A stretch of DNA of 12,304 nucleotides from Sulfurimonadaceae bacterium (GTDB lineage Bacteria > Campylobacterota > Campylobacteria > Campylobacterales > Sulfurimonadaceae): positions 1 through 12,304 of the forward strand of contig JBFESZ010000063.1 in NCBI GenBank assembly GCA_041548245.1. The letters run 5' to 3'. The notes beneath the pieces are model-generated. The model was not told where the DNA came from and did no database searches. It saw nothing but the letters and a program-made list of their open reading frames with translations. Shown here piece by piece: positions 1 to 6,761 of the stretch; the first letter of the stretch is position 1, and every line of letters starts with the position of its first letter. A program made the position numbers and the translations under genes.

Positions 1-485
1 AGTGAACGGATATGAGAAACCAAAGGAACTATGGCACCATAGCTTAAGGCATCTTCCGTATTTTTCGGCATTTTAGCCAAATCTATCTCAAAGTTAAATG
101 AAACCTCAAGACGGGGTGAAATCTCTTTAAAGCATTTTTGCAAAGCAGTCAGGCCCGGGTAGATATAGCCTCCCTCGTGAAGACCTTTTTTGACAAGATC
201 AACGGTAATCGCAGAGCCTGCATCCACAATGACAGCGTTTTCAACGGCTTCGCAGCACATGATCCTGTCAATGCCCATCGTCTCATAATACTTTTTAAAG
301 TCAACAAAAGAACGAAGATTTATCCAGTTTTCCTGCATATCTAGACGTTTTTCCCAGTAGTGGTTCACTGAGATATAGTAGATCTTCTCACTTATCGAAG
401 AGATGTCAAACTTCTCTACAGATATCTTTCTTCCGTCACTGAAACTGAAATTCGTATTTCCTATATCACAAAAGAGATTATTCAA
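1..485 (-). CDS. coaX: Type III pantothenate kinase (3' end runs off the window)
   Basis: Translated by hand from TTG at 485-483: MNNLFCDIGNTNFSF...YETMGIDRIMCC...VIVDAGSAITVDLVKKGLHEGGYIYPGL... It carries the PanK-III motifs DxGNT, GxDR, DxG(S/T)AxTxD and GGxIxPG. It overlaps the upstream gene by 8 nt with GGAAG before the start, and the frame is open to the window edge. Confidence 0.93.
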   Translation of the reverse strand, partial: MNNLFCDIGNTNFSFSDGRKISVEKFDISSISEKIYYISVNHYWEKRLDMQENWINLRSFVDFKKYYETMGIDRIMCCEAVENAVIVDAGSAITVDLVKKGLHEGGYIYPGLTALQKCFKEISPRLEVSFNFEIDLAKMPKNTEDALSYGAIVPLVSHIRS

Positions 486-801
486 TAATCTTCCATTTGG
501 CTTTTTTAAAGGCTTCTTTTGCTTTCGAGCAGATCGGCGCATCCAGCATGAGAATTTTTCCATGGAACTGGTGGTCTCTGTACAGAGACATCTTATGCAC
601 TATCTCTTCAAACTTTGCGACATCCTTCATTAGAATGCGGCTTTTTTGAGAGACCACAACAATAGCATTATAATAACGATTCAGATCAAGTGCACAATAG
701 AGTTTGACCTTGTTTCTGATCTTTAGCTCTTTTGGCTGTATCTCTTCAAGTTTTTTATATAAGCGCCCGTTATCGCGTAGGTTTTCAACTAGTACTTTCA
801 T
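478..801 (-). CDS. Conserved hypothetical protein (107 aa, basic; positional equivalent of Cj0395c)
   Basis: ORF with ATG start that overlaps the coaX start and occupies the position of the small hypothetical upstream of coaX in Campylobacter. Function not recognised with certainty. Confidence 0.75.
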   Translation of the reverse strand: MKVLVENLRDNGRLYKKLEEIQPKELKIRNKVKLYCALDLNRYYNAIVVVSQKSRILMKDVAKFEEIVHKMSLYRDHQFHGKILMLDAPICSKAKEAFKKAKWKIIE

Positions 802-808
802 AAATAAA

Positions 809-816
809 ATTATAAC
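809..816 (-). promoter_or_regulatory. Putative sigma70 -10 box (gnTATAAT) 7 nt upstream of the ATG at 801
   Basis: Minus strand reads GT-TATAAT-TTTATTT-ATG, with no Shine-Dalgarno sequence in between. Confidence 0.5.
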
Positions 817-825
817 TACTTTTAC

Positions 826-1647
826 TTAAGCCATAGGATGAAACTGTAAAACTGTCTCTTGCAGGTTCTGTTTTTGAATGTGGGTATAGACCTGAGTCGT
901 CAATAAAGAAGCATGGCCTAAAAGCTCCTGGACGACACGCAGATCGGCACCGCCCAATATCAATGCTGTCGCATACGAATGACGTAAGACGTGTGGTGAG
1001 ACGTTCAAGTACTTCTGGGTGATTTTGTAAGCTGAAATGCGACTGAGACTTTTGCCTTGATAGTTCACCCATACCCTTGTTGACTGGAACGGACACTCGA
1101 GCTCATACGCCTTAATCGCCTTAATCGCTTCTTCCGCCACAGGCACAATACGCTCTTTGTCACCCTTGGTATGGCGTACACGCAACCAGAGCTCTTCAAA
1201 ATCATTATGTTCAATACTCAAACACTCTGATATACGGAGGCCTGTTGCGTATAGAAAGAGTATCAGGGCATAATCACGCAAGCCTATCCAGCTGCTTTTG
1301 TCAATACACGCCAAACCGCTCATAATCTCATCATAACTCAGATATTTTGGAAGTGTAGAAGGGACCTTGGAGAACTTGAACTTTTTTTTATCATTCGCAT
1401 CAGAAAACTCCTGATAACAAAAAGAGAAGAAAGCATTGATCGAGGAGAGTTTACGGTTTAAAGTGCGTTTGTTCTCAAATTGGGAAAGATATTTAAGAAG
1501 TTTGACCTCATCCAGTTTGATCAGTGGCTCTTGAAGCGACTCTTCGATAAGTGACAAATCCTTCTCATAAGCCTCTATACTTGCCTTGCTCAAAGCCTTA
1601 ATGATCGTTATATACTCGATAAAAGCTTCAAGCTGGGCAGATTTCAT
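826..1647 (-). CDS. xerD: Tyrosine recombinase, XerD-like
   Basis: Catalytic motifs LYATGLRISE (R), KGDKER (K), SPHVLRHSYAT (HxxR) and LLGHASLLTTQVYTH (H, Y) are all present. GADLRVVQELLGH and the C-terminal HPxA are typical of XerC/D. It has an N-terminal SAM-like domain. The XerD versus XerC call is tentative. Confidence 0.85.
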   Translation of the reverse strand: MKSAQLEAFIEYITIIKALSKASIEAYEKDLSLIEESLQEPLIKLDEVKLLKYLSQFENKRTLNRKLSSINAFFSFCYQEFSDANDKKKFKFSKVPSTLPKYLSYDEIMSGLACIDKSSWIGLRDYALILFLYATGLRISECLSIEHNDFEELWLRVRHTKGDKERIVPVAEEAIKAIKAYELECPFQSTRVWVNYQGKSLSRISAYKITQKYLNVSPHVLRHSYATALILGGADLRVVQELLGHASLLTTQVYTHIQKQNLQETVLQFHPMA

Positions 1648-2630
1648 TGTACCTTTATGTAGACATTATCAAAGTAGAAGCTATCCTCAGAGGTATAAAA
1701 ATACCCTTCTTCCAAAGAGATATCGTATACCTTTGGTGAGCTTAGGTCTTTTTCGCTAATGATGATATACCCCTCTTTTTCAGCCGCATAGACAGCCTTG
1801 TCCGTTACAATTAAACCCAAGAAATGTGCAAAAGGGAACTTCTGACGATTCAATACTTCGAGTTCAGGGCTCAATGAGACAATCTCCCCCTGCTTGGTCG
1901 TTACCCAGCCGCCTTCTTCATTAAAGACAGCGTTTCTGATCTCCAATTCCAATCGGGCCTCTTTTGTACCCAGAGTATAGAGCTTATACGGTGTTGCCGC
2001 ATAAAGTGTGTCATTGACAATATTAAAATAGATAATGTTATTGAAATACTCTTCAGAACTTACAATGATCGTTCGTACCTGCTCTTTTGCATCGGCATTG
2101 ACAATGACAATCTTTCCATCCAAGGTAGGAAAAAGTACCAGTTCGTTTAAAAAGCGCGGTGTCGCTATACGCATATCGACTGCTGTTGACTCTGTCGCTG
2201 GTTCCTTAAACAGAAGCGCTCCATTGTTAAAGTCATACAGAGCAAGTTCATTATCAGCGAACACGACCGCAAGAAGATCACCTTTTAACGCAGCTGTAGC
2301 CACTGTTCTTGGAAACTTTAATGTTTTGCTCTCATTCGAATTTTTGACAGCGAAAAGGGTCCCACCCGTCTTTAAAGCAAGGCTCCACTCCTCATTTTGA
2401 TACACAAATCGGTAACCTTCAGGAAAACGTACCTCTGATTTTCCTTTTTTTGTAATAATCGTTCCATCTTCAAGCGTCGCGTTTTCACCACTTGTCTCTA
2501 TGATAGAAGCATCAAACCTATCGGTTAGTGCGATCGAATCTTGTGTATCCTCTGGTTTATAATACTCTTTGTTAGCACAACCTAAGAACAGGATGGCTAA
2601 TGCAAGAGCAGAGAAAAAGACTTTAAACAT
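1644..2630 (-). CDS. Outer-membrane lipoprotein with probable beta-propeller (PQQ-like/BamB-like; positional equivalent of Cj0396c / H. pylori PgbB)
   Basis: Signal peptide with lipobox LFLG-C (Cys18). The mature region consists of repeated short beta-strand/turn units (e.g. LALYDFNNGALLF, DGKIVIVNAD, QGEIVSLS, EGYIIIS). ATGA overlap with the xer gene. Confidence 0.75.
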   Translation of the reverse strand: MFKVFFSALALAILFLGCANKEYYKPEDTQDSIALTDRFDASIIETSGENATLEDGTIITKKGKSEVRFPEGYRFVYQNEEWSLALKTGGTLFAVKNSNESKTLKFPRTVATAALKGDLLAVVFADNELALYDFNNGALLFKEPATESTAVDMRIATPRFLNELVLFPTLDGKIVIVNADAKEQVRTIIVSSEEYFNNIIYFNIVNDTLYAATPYKLYTLGTKEARLELEIRNAVFNEEGGWVTTKQGEIVSLSPELEVLNRQKFPFAHFLGLIVTDKAVYAAEKEGYIIISEKDLSSPKVYDISLEEGYFYTSEDSFYFDNVYIKVQ

Positions 2631-3227
2631 CTATTTGATTCCATAGTGCTGTAGAAGCATTGCAAGCTTTTTCAATGACGATGTATCTTCAATCAATGAA
2701 AGACGTTTTTTCGCTTCATCAATTTTTTTCTCTTGCAGCAATAATACTGCCTCGTTTAAAATCGCCATATCTTTTAAAATCGCGTTCTGTTTAAGTGCAT
2801 ACTCATTAAGAGCACTTTTGTCCTTTTTGAGTGCAGCCAATTCGTAGCTTGCAAGATCTGCGATCACATCAGATGATGACGAAGCCAACTGTTTTAAACC
2901 GTCTTCATCCGCTTTTTCACGTGCAATTTTAAACTGCCACGCATCATATAGTGCCGGATTGTTCTCTTTTAACACCTCAGCGGCTTTGGCATCCTCACTA
3001 TTGGCCAAGAGAGTAAGATAGGCTTGATTCGAGCTCTCTACCGCGTGCTGAACACTCGCTTGATATATAGTATTGACAATAAGTACAAAAACTACCGCAC
3101 CCAGGGTACTAATCAGCTGTACTTTGTATTTTTTTATAAAACGTTCAGTCTGGACTGCGCCTGCAAAGAATTTTTCTTCCTGACTCAATTCCTCTTTAAC
3201 CATATCAATATTTTCTTTTAAACTCAA
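2631..3227 (-). CDS. YfgM-like single-pass membrane protein with periplasmic TPR-like helices (positional equivalent of Cj0397c)
   Basis: TTG start with AGAGGAG Shine-Dalgarno. Charged N-terminus, one hydrophobic segment (LISTLGAVVFVLIVNTIY), then Ala/Leu-rich amphipathic helices. Its stop abuts the lipoprotein ATG. Confidence 0.7.
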   Translation of the reverse strand: MSLKENIDMVKEELSQEEKFFAGAVQTERFIKKYKVQLISTLGAVVFVLIVNTIYQASVQHAVESSNQAYLTLLANSEDAKAAEVLKENNPALYDAWQFKIAREKADEDGLKQLASSSSDVIADLASYELAALKKDKSALNEYALKQNAILKDMAILNEAVLLLQEKKIDEAKKRLSLIEDTSSLKKLAMLLQHYGIK

Positions 3228-3336
3228 AAAAACTCCTCTTAACTTATTGGACTCTGTATAATCTCCGCTATATTATCTTATTAAATATAAAACTGTCCAA
3301 AACTACCCGTATTATTAAACTTAATCAGCATTATTT

Positions 3337-3345
3337 TGTTACAAT
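3337..3345 (+). promoter_or_regulatory. Extended -10 promoter (TGnTACAAT) for the gatC operon
   Basis: TGTTACAAT lies about 32 nt upstream of the gatC TTG in an AT-rich divergent spacer, with SD GAGGA at 3367-3371. A second TATAAT is at 3257-3262. Confidence 0.55.
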
Positions 3346-3377
3346 CTTGACTAGAATTAAACGACAGAGGAATAAAC

Positions 3378-3668
3378 TTGCAAATTGATGACGCCCTATT
3401 ACAAAAACTTGAGAAGCTTTCTTACCTTGAGATCGCCGATGACAAGAGAGAAGAGATTATTTCCCAACTCAGCGAGATCGTCTCATTCGTCGATAATTTA
3501 AGCGAACTTGACACAACAGGTATTGACCCGACCTTCAGTATGACGGACAAGGGGACAACCCTACGTGAAGACACTCCTTCTTTGTCAAGAGAGGTCTCTG
3601 AGTCCATTTTAAGCTATGCCCCTCATAGTGAAGAGAACTTCTTTATTGTTCCAAAGATCATCGAATAA
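3378..3668 (+). CDS. gatC: Asp-tRNA(Asn)/Glu-tRNA(Gln) amidotransferase subunit C
   Basis: 96 aa with KLEKLSYL, LSELDTTGIDP, LREDTP and the C-terminal APHSEENFFIVPKIIE signature. TTG start with GAGGA SD. Confidence 0.95.
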   Translation: MQIDDALLQKLEKLSYLEIADDKREEIISQLSEIVSFVDNLSELDTTGIDPTFSMTDKGTTLREDTPSLSREVSESILSYAPHSEENFFIVPKIIE

Positions 3669-4012
3669 TGATTAAAGTCTATGGTATCAAAAACTGCGAC
3701 AGCGTCAAAAAAGCGCTCAAGTTTCTAAAAGAGCATGACTTGGAATACTCTTTTCAGGACTTCAAGACAGACCCTGTTGATTACGACAAAGTATCACAAT
3801 GGGTTAAGAGTGTAGAAATGAAACAACTCTTCAATAGCCGCGGAACTACCTATAGAACGTTGAAACTCAAAGAACTCGACCTCAATGATGAGCAAAAAAT
3901 CGAGTGGTTATGTAAAGAAAATATGCTAATCAAACGACCTGTGATAGAATATGGTACGAACAAGGTTCTTGTCGCCTTTGATAAGGATACCTATATTAAG
4001 GAATTACTATGA
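3668..4012 (+). CDS. ArsC/Spx/MgsR family thioredoxin-fold protein (YffB-like)
   Basis: YGIKNCDSVKKA N-terminus with a single Cys, NSRGTTYR, and LIKRPVI motifs. TAATG overlap with gatC. Confidence 0.85.
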   Translation: MIKVYGIKNCDSVKKALKFLKEHDLEYSFQDFKTDPVDYDKVSQWVKSVEMKQLFNSRGTTYRTLKLKELDLNDEQKIEWLCKENMLIKRPVIEYGTNKVLVAFDKDTYIKELL

Positions 4013-5073
4013 GTTTGGACATTCGAAAGCTATTAAAGTCTGTTGTTGCCTACAAGGCCTCTGATCTTCACCTTGTCTCACGGTCGGAACCACAGATCCG
4101 TATCGATGGTAAACTGGTCTCATTAAATCTTCCTGTTCTGGATGGACAGATGATTGAAGAGATGTCATACTCTTTACTTACTGATAAACAGAAAAAAGAG
4201 TTTGAAGAAGAACTTGAACTGGACTTTGCGATTGTCCTTCCTGATATTGGCCGTTTTCGTGCCAACTACTATCGTGTTATGGGTGATATCGCTTGTGCCT
4301 TCCGTATCATCCCGATTGATATTCCTTCACTTGATCAGCTCAATGCCAAGCCGGTCTTTAAAGAGATGATAAAACGCGAAAAAGGTCTTATTCTTGTAAC
4401 AGGACCGACCGGTTCAGGTAAGTCAACCACTCTTGCAGCCATGCTTAACGAGATCAACCTGACTGAGAACAAACATATCATTACGGTTGAAGACCCGGTA
4501 GAGTTCATGCATAACAATAAAAAATGTCTCTTCTCACACCGTAATGTCGGAACAGATACCCGCTCTTTTGCACGTGCACTTAAATTTGCCATGCGTGAGG
4601 ATCCGGATGTCATCCTGATCGGGGAGATGCGTGATCAAGAAACGGTCGGAGCAGCTTTAACGGCAGCGGAAACGGGTCACCTCGTCTTTGGAACGCTACA
4701 CACCAATTCAGCACCGGAAACCATCAATCGTATTATCGACGTTTTCTCAGGTGAAGAGCAGCCTCAGATACGTGCTCAACTAGCGACTTCGCTGGTTGCC
4801 GTTATCTCGCAAGCCCTTCTTCCTCGTATAGGTGGTGGACGTGTGGCGGCGCAAGAGATCATGATAACCAATCCGGCGATCAAAAACCTTATCCGTGAAG
4901 ACAAGGTACACCAACTCTACTCTCAAATGCAGCTCAATCAGCAAGCTACGGGAATGGTAACACAGACACAGGAACTTGTTGAGTTTCTAAGACAAAAGAT
5001 CATTACTAAAGAGAGTGCATTACAGTTTTCAAACCGTCCTGATGAACTTTTAAACGTCATCAAAAACATGTAG
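4009..5073 (+). CDS. pilT: Type IV pilus retraction ATPase PilT
   Basis: ASDLHL, Walker A GPTGSGKSTT, Asp box TVEDPVE, Walker B REDPDVILIGEMRD, His box GHLVFGTLHT, and AIKNLIRE (variant of the PilT-specific AIRNLIRE motif). ATGA overlap with the ArsC-family gene. Confidence 0.95.
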   Translation: MSLDIRKLLKSVVAYKASDLHLVSRSEPQIRIDGKLVSLNLPVLDGQMIEEMSYSLLTDKQKKEFEEELELDFAIVLPDIGRFRANYYRVMGDIACAFRIIPIDIPSLDQLNAKPVFKEMIKREKGLILVTGPTGSGKSTTLAAMLNEINLTENKHIITVEDPVEFMHNNKKCLFSHRNVGTDTRSFARALKFAMREDPDVILIGEMRDQETVGAALTAAETGHLVFGTLHTNSAPETINRIIDVFSGEEQPQIRAQLATSLVAVISQALLPRIGGGRVAAQEIMITNPAIKNLIREDKVHQLYSQMQLNQQATGMVTQTQELVEFLRQKIITKESALQFSNRPDELLNVIKNM

Positions 5074-5092
5074 ATCGCTTAGGCGATTTACA
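5069..5092. terminator. Stem-loop at the pilT stop, probable intrinsic (possibly bidirectional) terminator
   Basis: TGTAGATCGC-TTAG-GCGATTTACA forms a 10-bp stem with one G-U pair on the + strand. On the - strand it is followed by TGTTTTTG. Confidence 0.55.
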
Positions 5093-5188
5093 GGCTTCAT
5101 TTAAAAAAACACCTTTACACTATTCATTTTCAAGATGATTTTCCAAGGTATTAAAAATATTTTTTATTGATGGGGAAGTTATTTATGA

Positions 5189-5208
5189 ATGTGACAAATT
5201 TGTCACAT
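5189..5208. repeat. Perfect 20-bp palindrome
   Basis: ATGTGACAAATTTGTCACAT is identical to its reverse complement. Confidence 0.9.
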
Positions 5209-5218
5209 GCTCTCTTAT

Positions 5219-5246
5219 AGAGATATCACTAAATATGTGATTCTCT
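5219..5246 (-). terminator. Imperfect stem-loop directly after the DAHP synthase stop
   Basis: AGAGA(T)ATCAC-TAAATAT-GTGATTCTCT is a 10-bp stem with one bulge and no clear U-tract. Confidence 0.35.
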
Positions 5247-6592
5247 TATTTTGCATCTTTCAAAGAGTCTGCTATGAGAAACGCCAATTCAAGAGCTTGG
5301 TCTGCATTAAGACGTGGATCACAATGCGTATGATAACGGCTTTTAAGGTCTTCATCACTTATATTGAAAGCGCCACCTGTACACTCTGTGACATTCTTAC
5401 CTGTCATCTCCAGGTGGACACCACCACCATATGTACCTTCAGCCTTATGCACAGCAAAGAAGTTTTTCATTTCCTGCAAAACAGCCTCGACAGGACGTGT
5501 CTTGAATCCGGTTGATGACTTGATCGTATTTCCATGCATCGGATCACATGACCATAATATGTTTTTACCTTCACGCTTAACTGCTCTGATAAGCTCCGGA
5601 AGATGATCACCGACCTTGTCTGCACCCATACGGACGATAACATTTAACCTGCCAAGTTCATTTTCCGGGTTGACTGCATCGATCAGCCTGATCAGTTCAT
5701 CCGGTTCCATCGTAGGACCGGCTTTGACCCCGATTGGGTTCTTGATCCCACGCATAAATTCAACATGAGCATCTTCCAGTCCACGCGTTCTGTCCCCTAT
5801 CCATAACATATGAGCTGATGTGTCATACCAATCACCTGTCAAAGAGTCCTGACGTGTAAAGGCCTCTTCATACTCCAATAAAAGTGCTTCGTGGGATGTA
5901 TAGAAGTCCGTCTCCCTTAATGTTCGATAAGTTTTTGAACTCACTCCACAAGCCGCCATGAAGGCTAGTGACTCTTGAATGCGGTTTGCCATCTCTTCAT
6001 ACTTCTCTTTAAGCGGTGAGTCTTTTACAAAGTCAAGATTCCATTTATTTACCTCATGCAAATCTGCTAAGCCGCCTGTTGCAAATGCACGAAGAAGATT
6101 AAGCGTAGCTGATGATTGGTTGTATGCCTGAATCATCCGTTCAGGATCCGGAGTACGTGCTTCAGCCGTAAACTCAACGCTGTTGATTATATCGCCACGG
6201 TATGATGGTAGCGTAACATCACCGATCGTTTCAAAATCAGATGAACGGGGTTTTGCAAACTGCCCACCCATACGGCCAACCTTGACCACGGGAGAAGAAC
6301 CGGCAAAAGTCATAACAACAGCCATCTGTAGCATCGCTTTAAAGGTGTCACGGATATTATCAGCACGGAACTCAGAAAAACTTTCTGCACAGTCTCCGCC
6401 CTGCAGTAGAAATGCCTTACCTTCAGTAACTTCAGCGAATTGTTGCTTAAGTGAACGGACTTCACCTGCGAATACCAACGGTGGTAGTTCACGAAGCTTC
6501 TGTGTTACACGTTTAAGATGATCAGCATCAGCATATACAGGCTGCTGTTTGATTGGAAAATTTCTCCAACTTGATGGGGTCCAGGTACTCAT
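5246..6592 (-). CDS. aroG: Class II 3-deoxy-7-phosphoheptulonate (DAHP) synthase
   Basis: [44 protein letters not shown] and CDPRLN motifs. I place the start at the second Met (6592, [10 protein letters not shown]) because GAGGA lies 5 nt upstream of it; the ORF track starts at 6604. Gene naming (aroF/G/H) varies. Confidence 0.95.
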   Translation of the reverse strand: MSTWTPSSWRNFPIKQQPVYADADHLKRVTQKLRELPPLVFAGEVRSLKQQFAEVTEGKAFLLQGGDCAESFSEFRADNIRDTFKAMLQMAVVMTFAGSSPVVKVGRMGGQFAKPRSSDFETIGDVTLPSYRGDIINSVEFTAEARTPDPERMIQAYNQSSATLNLLRAFATGGLADLHEVNKWNLDFVKDSPLKEKYEEMANRIQESLAFMAACGVSSKTYRTLRETDFYTSHEALLLEYEEAFTRQDSLTGDWYDTSAHMLWIGDRTRGLEDAHVEFMRGIKNPIGVKAGPTMEPDELIRLIDAVNPENELGRLNVIVRMGADKVGDHLPELIRAVKREGKNILWSCDPMHGNTIKSSTGFKTRPVEAVLQEMKNFFAVHKAEGTYGGGVHLEMTGKNVTECTGGAFNISDEDLKSRYHTHCDPRLNADQALELAFLIADSLKDAK

Positions 6593-6715
6593 TGCTTTCC
6601 TCATGTTCTATTACAGGTATTTTTTCATCTTATAACCTGCAAATATAATTAATGGCGCAAATGTTATCCAAAGCTTCCTAAAATAAGGATAATATGAGGC
6701 CAAAAGCTTACTTTA

Positions 6716-6733
6716 TGCTAAAATACGTATAAT
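6716..6733 (+). promoter_or_regulatory. Tandem -10 boxes for the GGDEF-cvpA-fur operon
   Basis: TGcTAAAAT at 6716-6724 and TATAAT at 6728-6733. SD GGGAG at 6748-6752 precedes the GTG at 6762. Confidence 0.55.
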
Positions 6734-6761
6734 TCTACAAAAAATATGGGAGCTTTCTATC

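Noticed and set aside
138..633. Plus-strand ORFs 138..344 and 403..633
   Set aside because: They are antisense shadows of coaX and the 107-aa gene, with no motifs or SD.
785..1096. 103-aa minus-strand ORF
   Set aside because: It is an alternative frame over the conserved catalytic half of the Xer gene.
1108..1128. Tandem repeat CGCCTTAAT x2
   Set aside because: It simply encodes AIKAIKA within the recombinase.
826..1647. Tyrosine recombinase as a prophage, integron or genomic island integrase
   Set aside because: It is coupled to housekeeping genes, with no att repeats, tRNA, cassettes or cargo. It lacks the IntI-specific insertion, and no compositional shift is apparent.
3247..3300. TTGGAC...GTCCAA inverted repeat and possible Fur box in the divergent promoter region
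   Set aside because: The arms are only 6 bp and are 42 nt apart. There is no convincing GATAAT-N-ATTATC 7-1-7 match, and the AT-rich background explains partial hits.
3668..4012. Arsenic-resistance operon or Spx regulator
   Set aside because: No arsR, arsB or acr3 is nearby. It has CDSV rather than the Spx CxxC, and it matches the YffB-like subfamily.
5190..5207. Canonical CRP site or matS
   Set aside because: The spacing is TGTGA-N8-TCACA (CRP needs N6) and GTGAC-N6-GTCAC (matS has N3). I kept it only as an unexplained palindrome.
5207..6521. ORFs 5207..5515, 5364..5606, 6183..6521 and 6310..6492
   Set aside because: They are antisense or alternative-frame shadows of the DAHP synthase.
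6593..6604. Longer DAHP synthase start (MRKA-)
   Set aside because: These codons contain the GAGGA SD for the ATG at 6592, and the upstream ATG has no SD.
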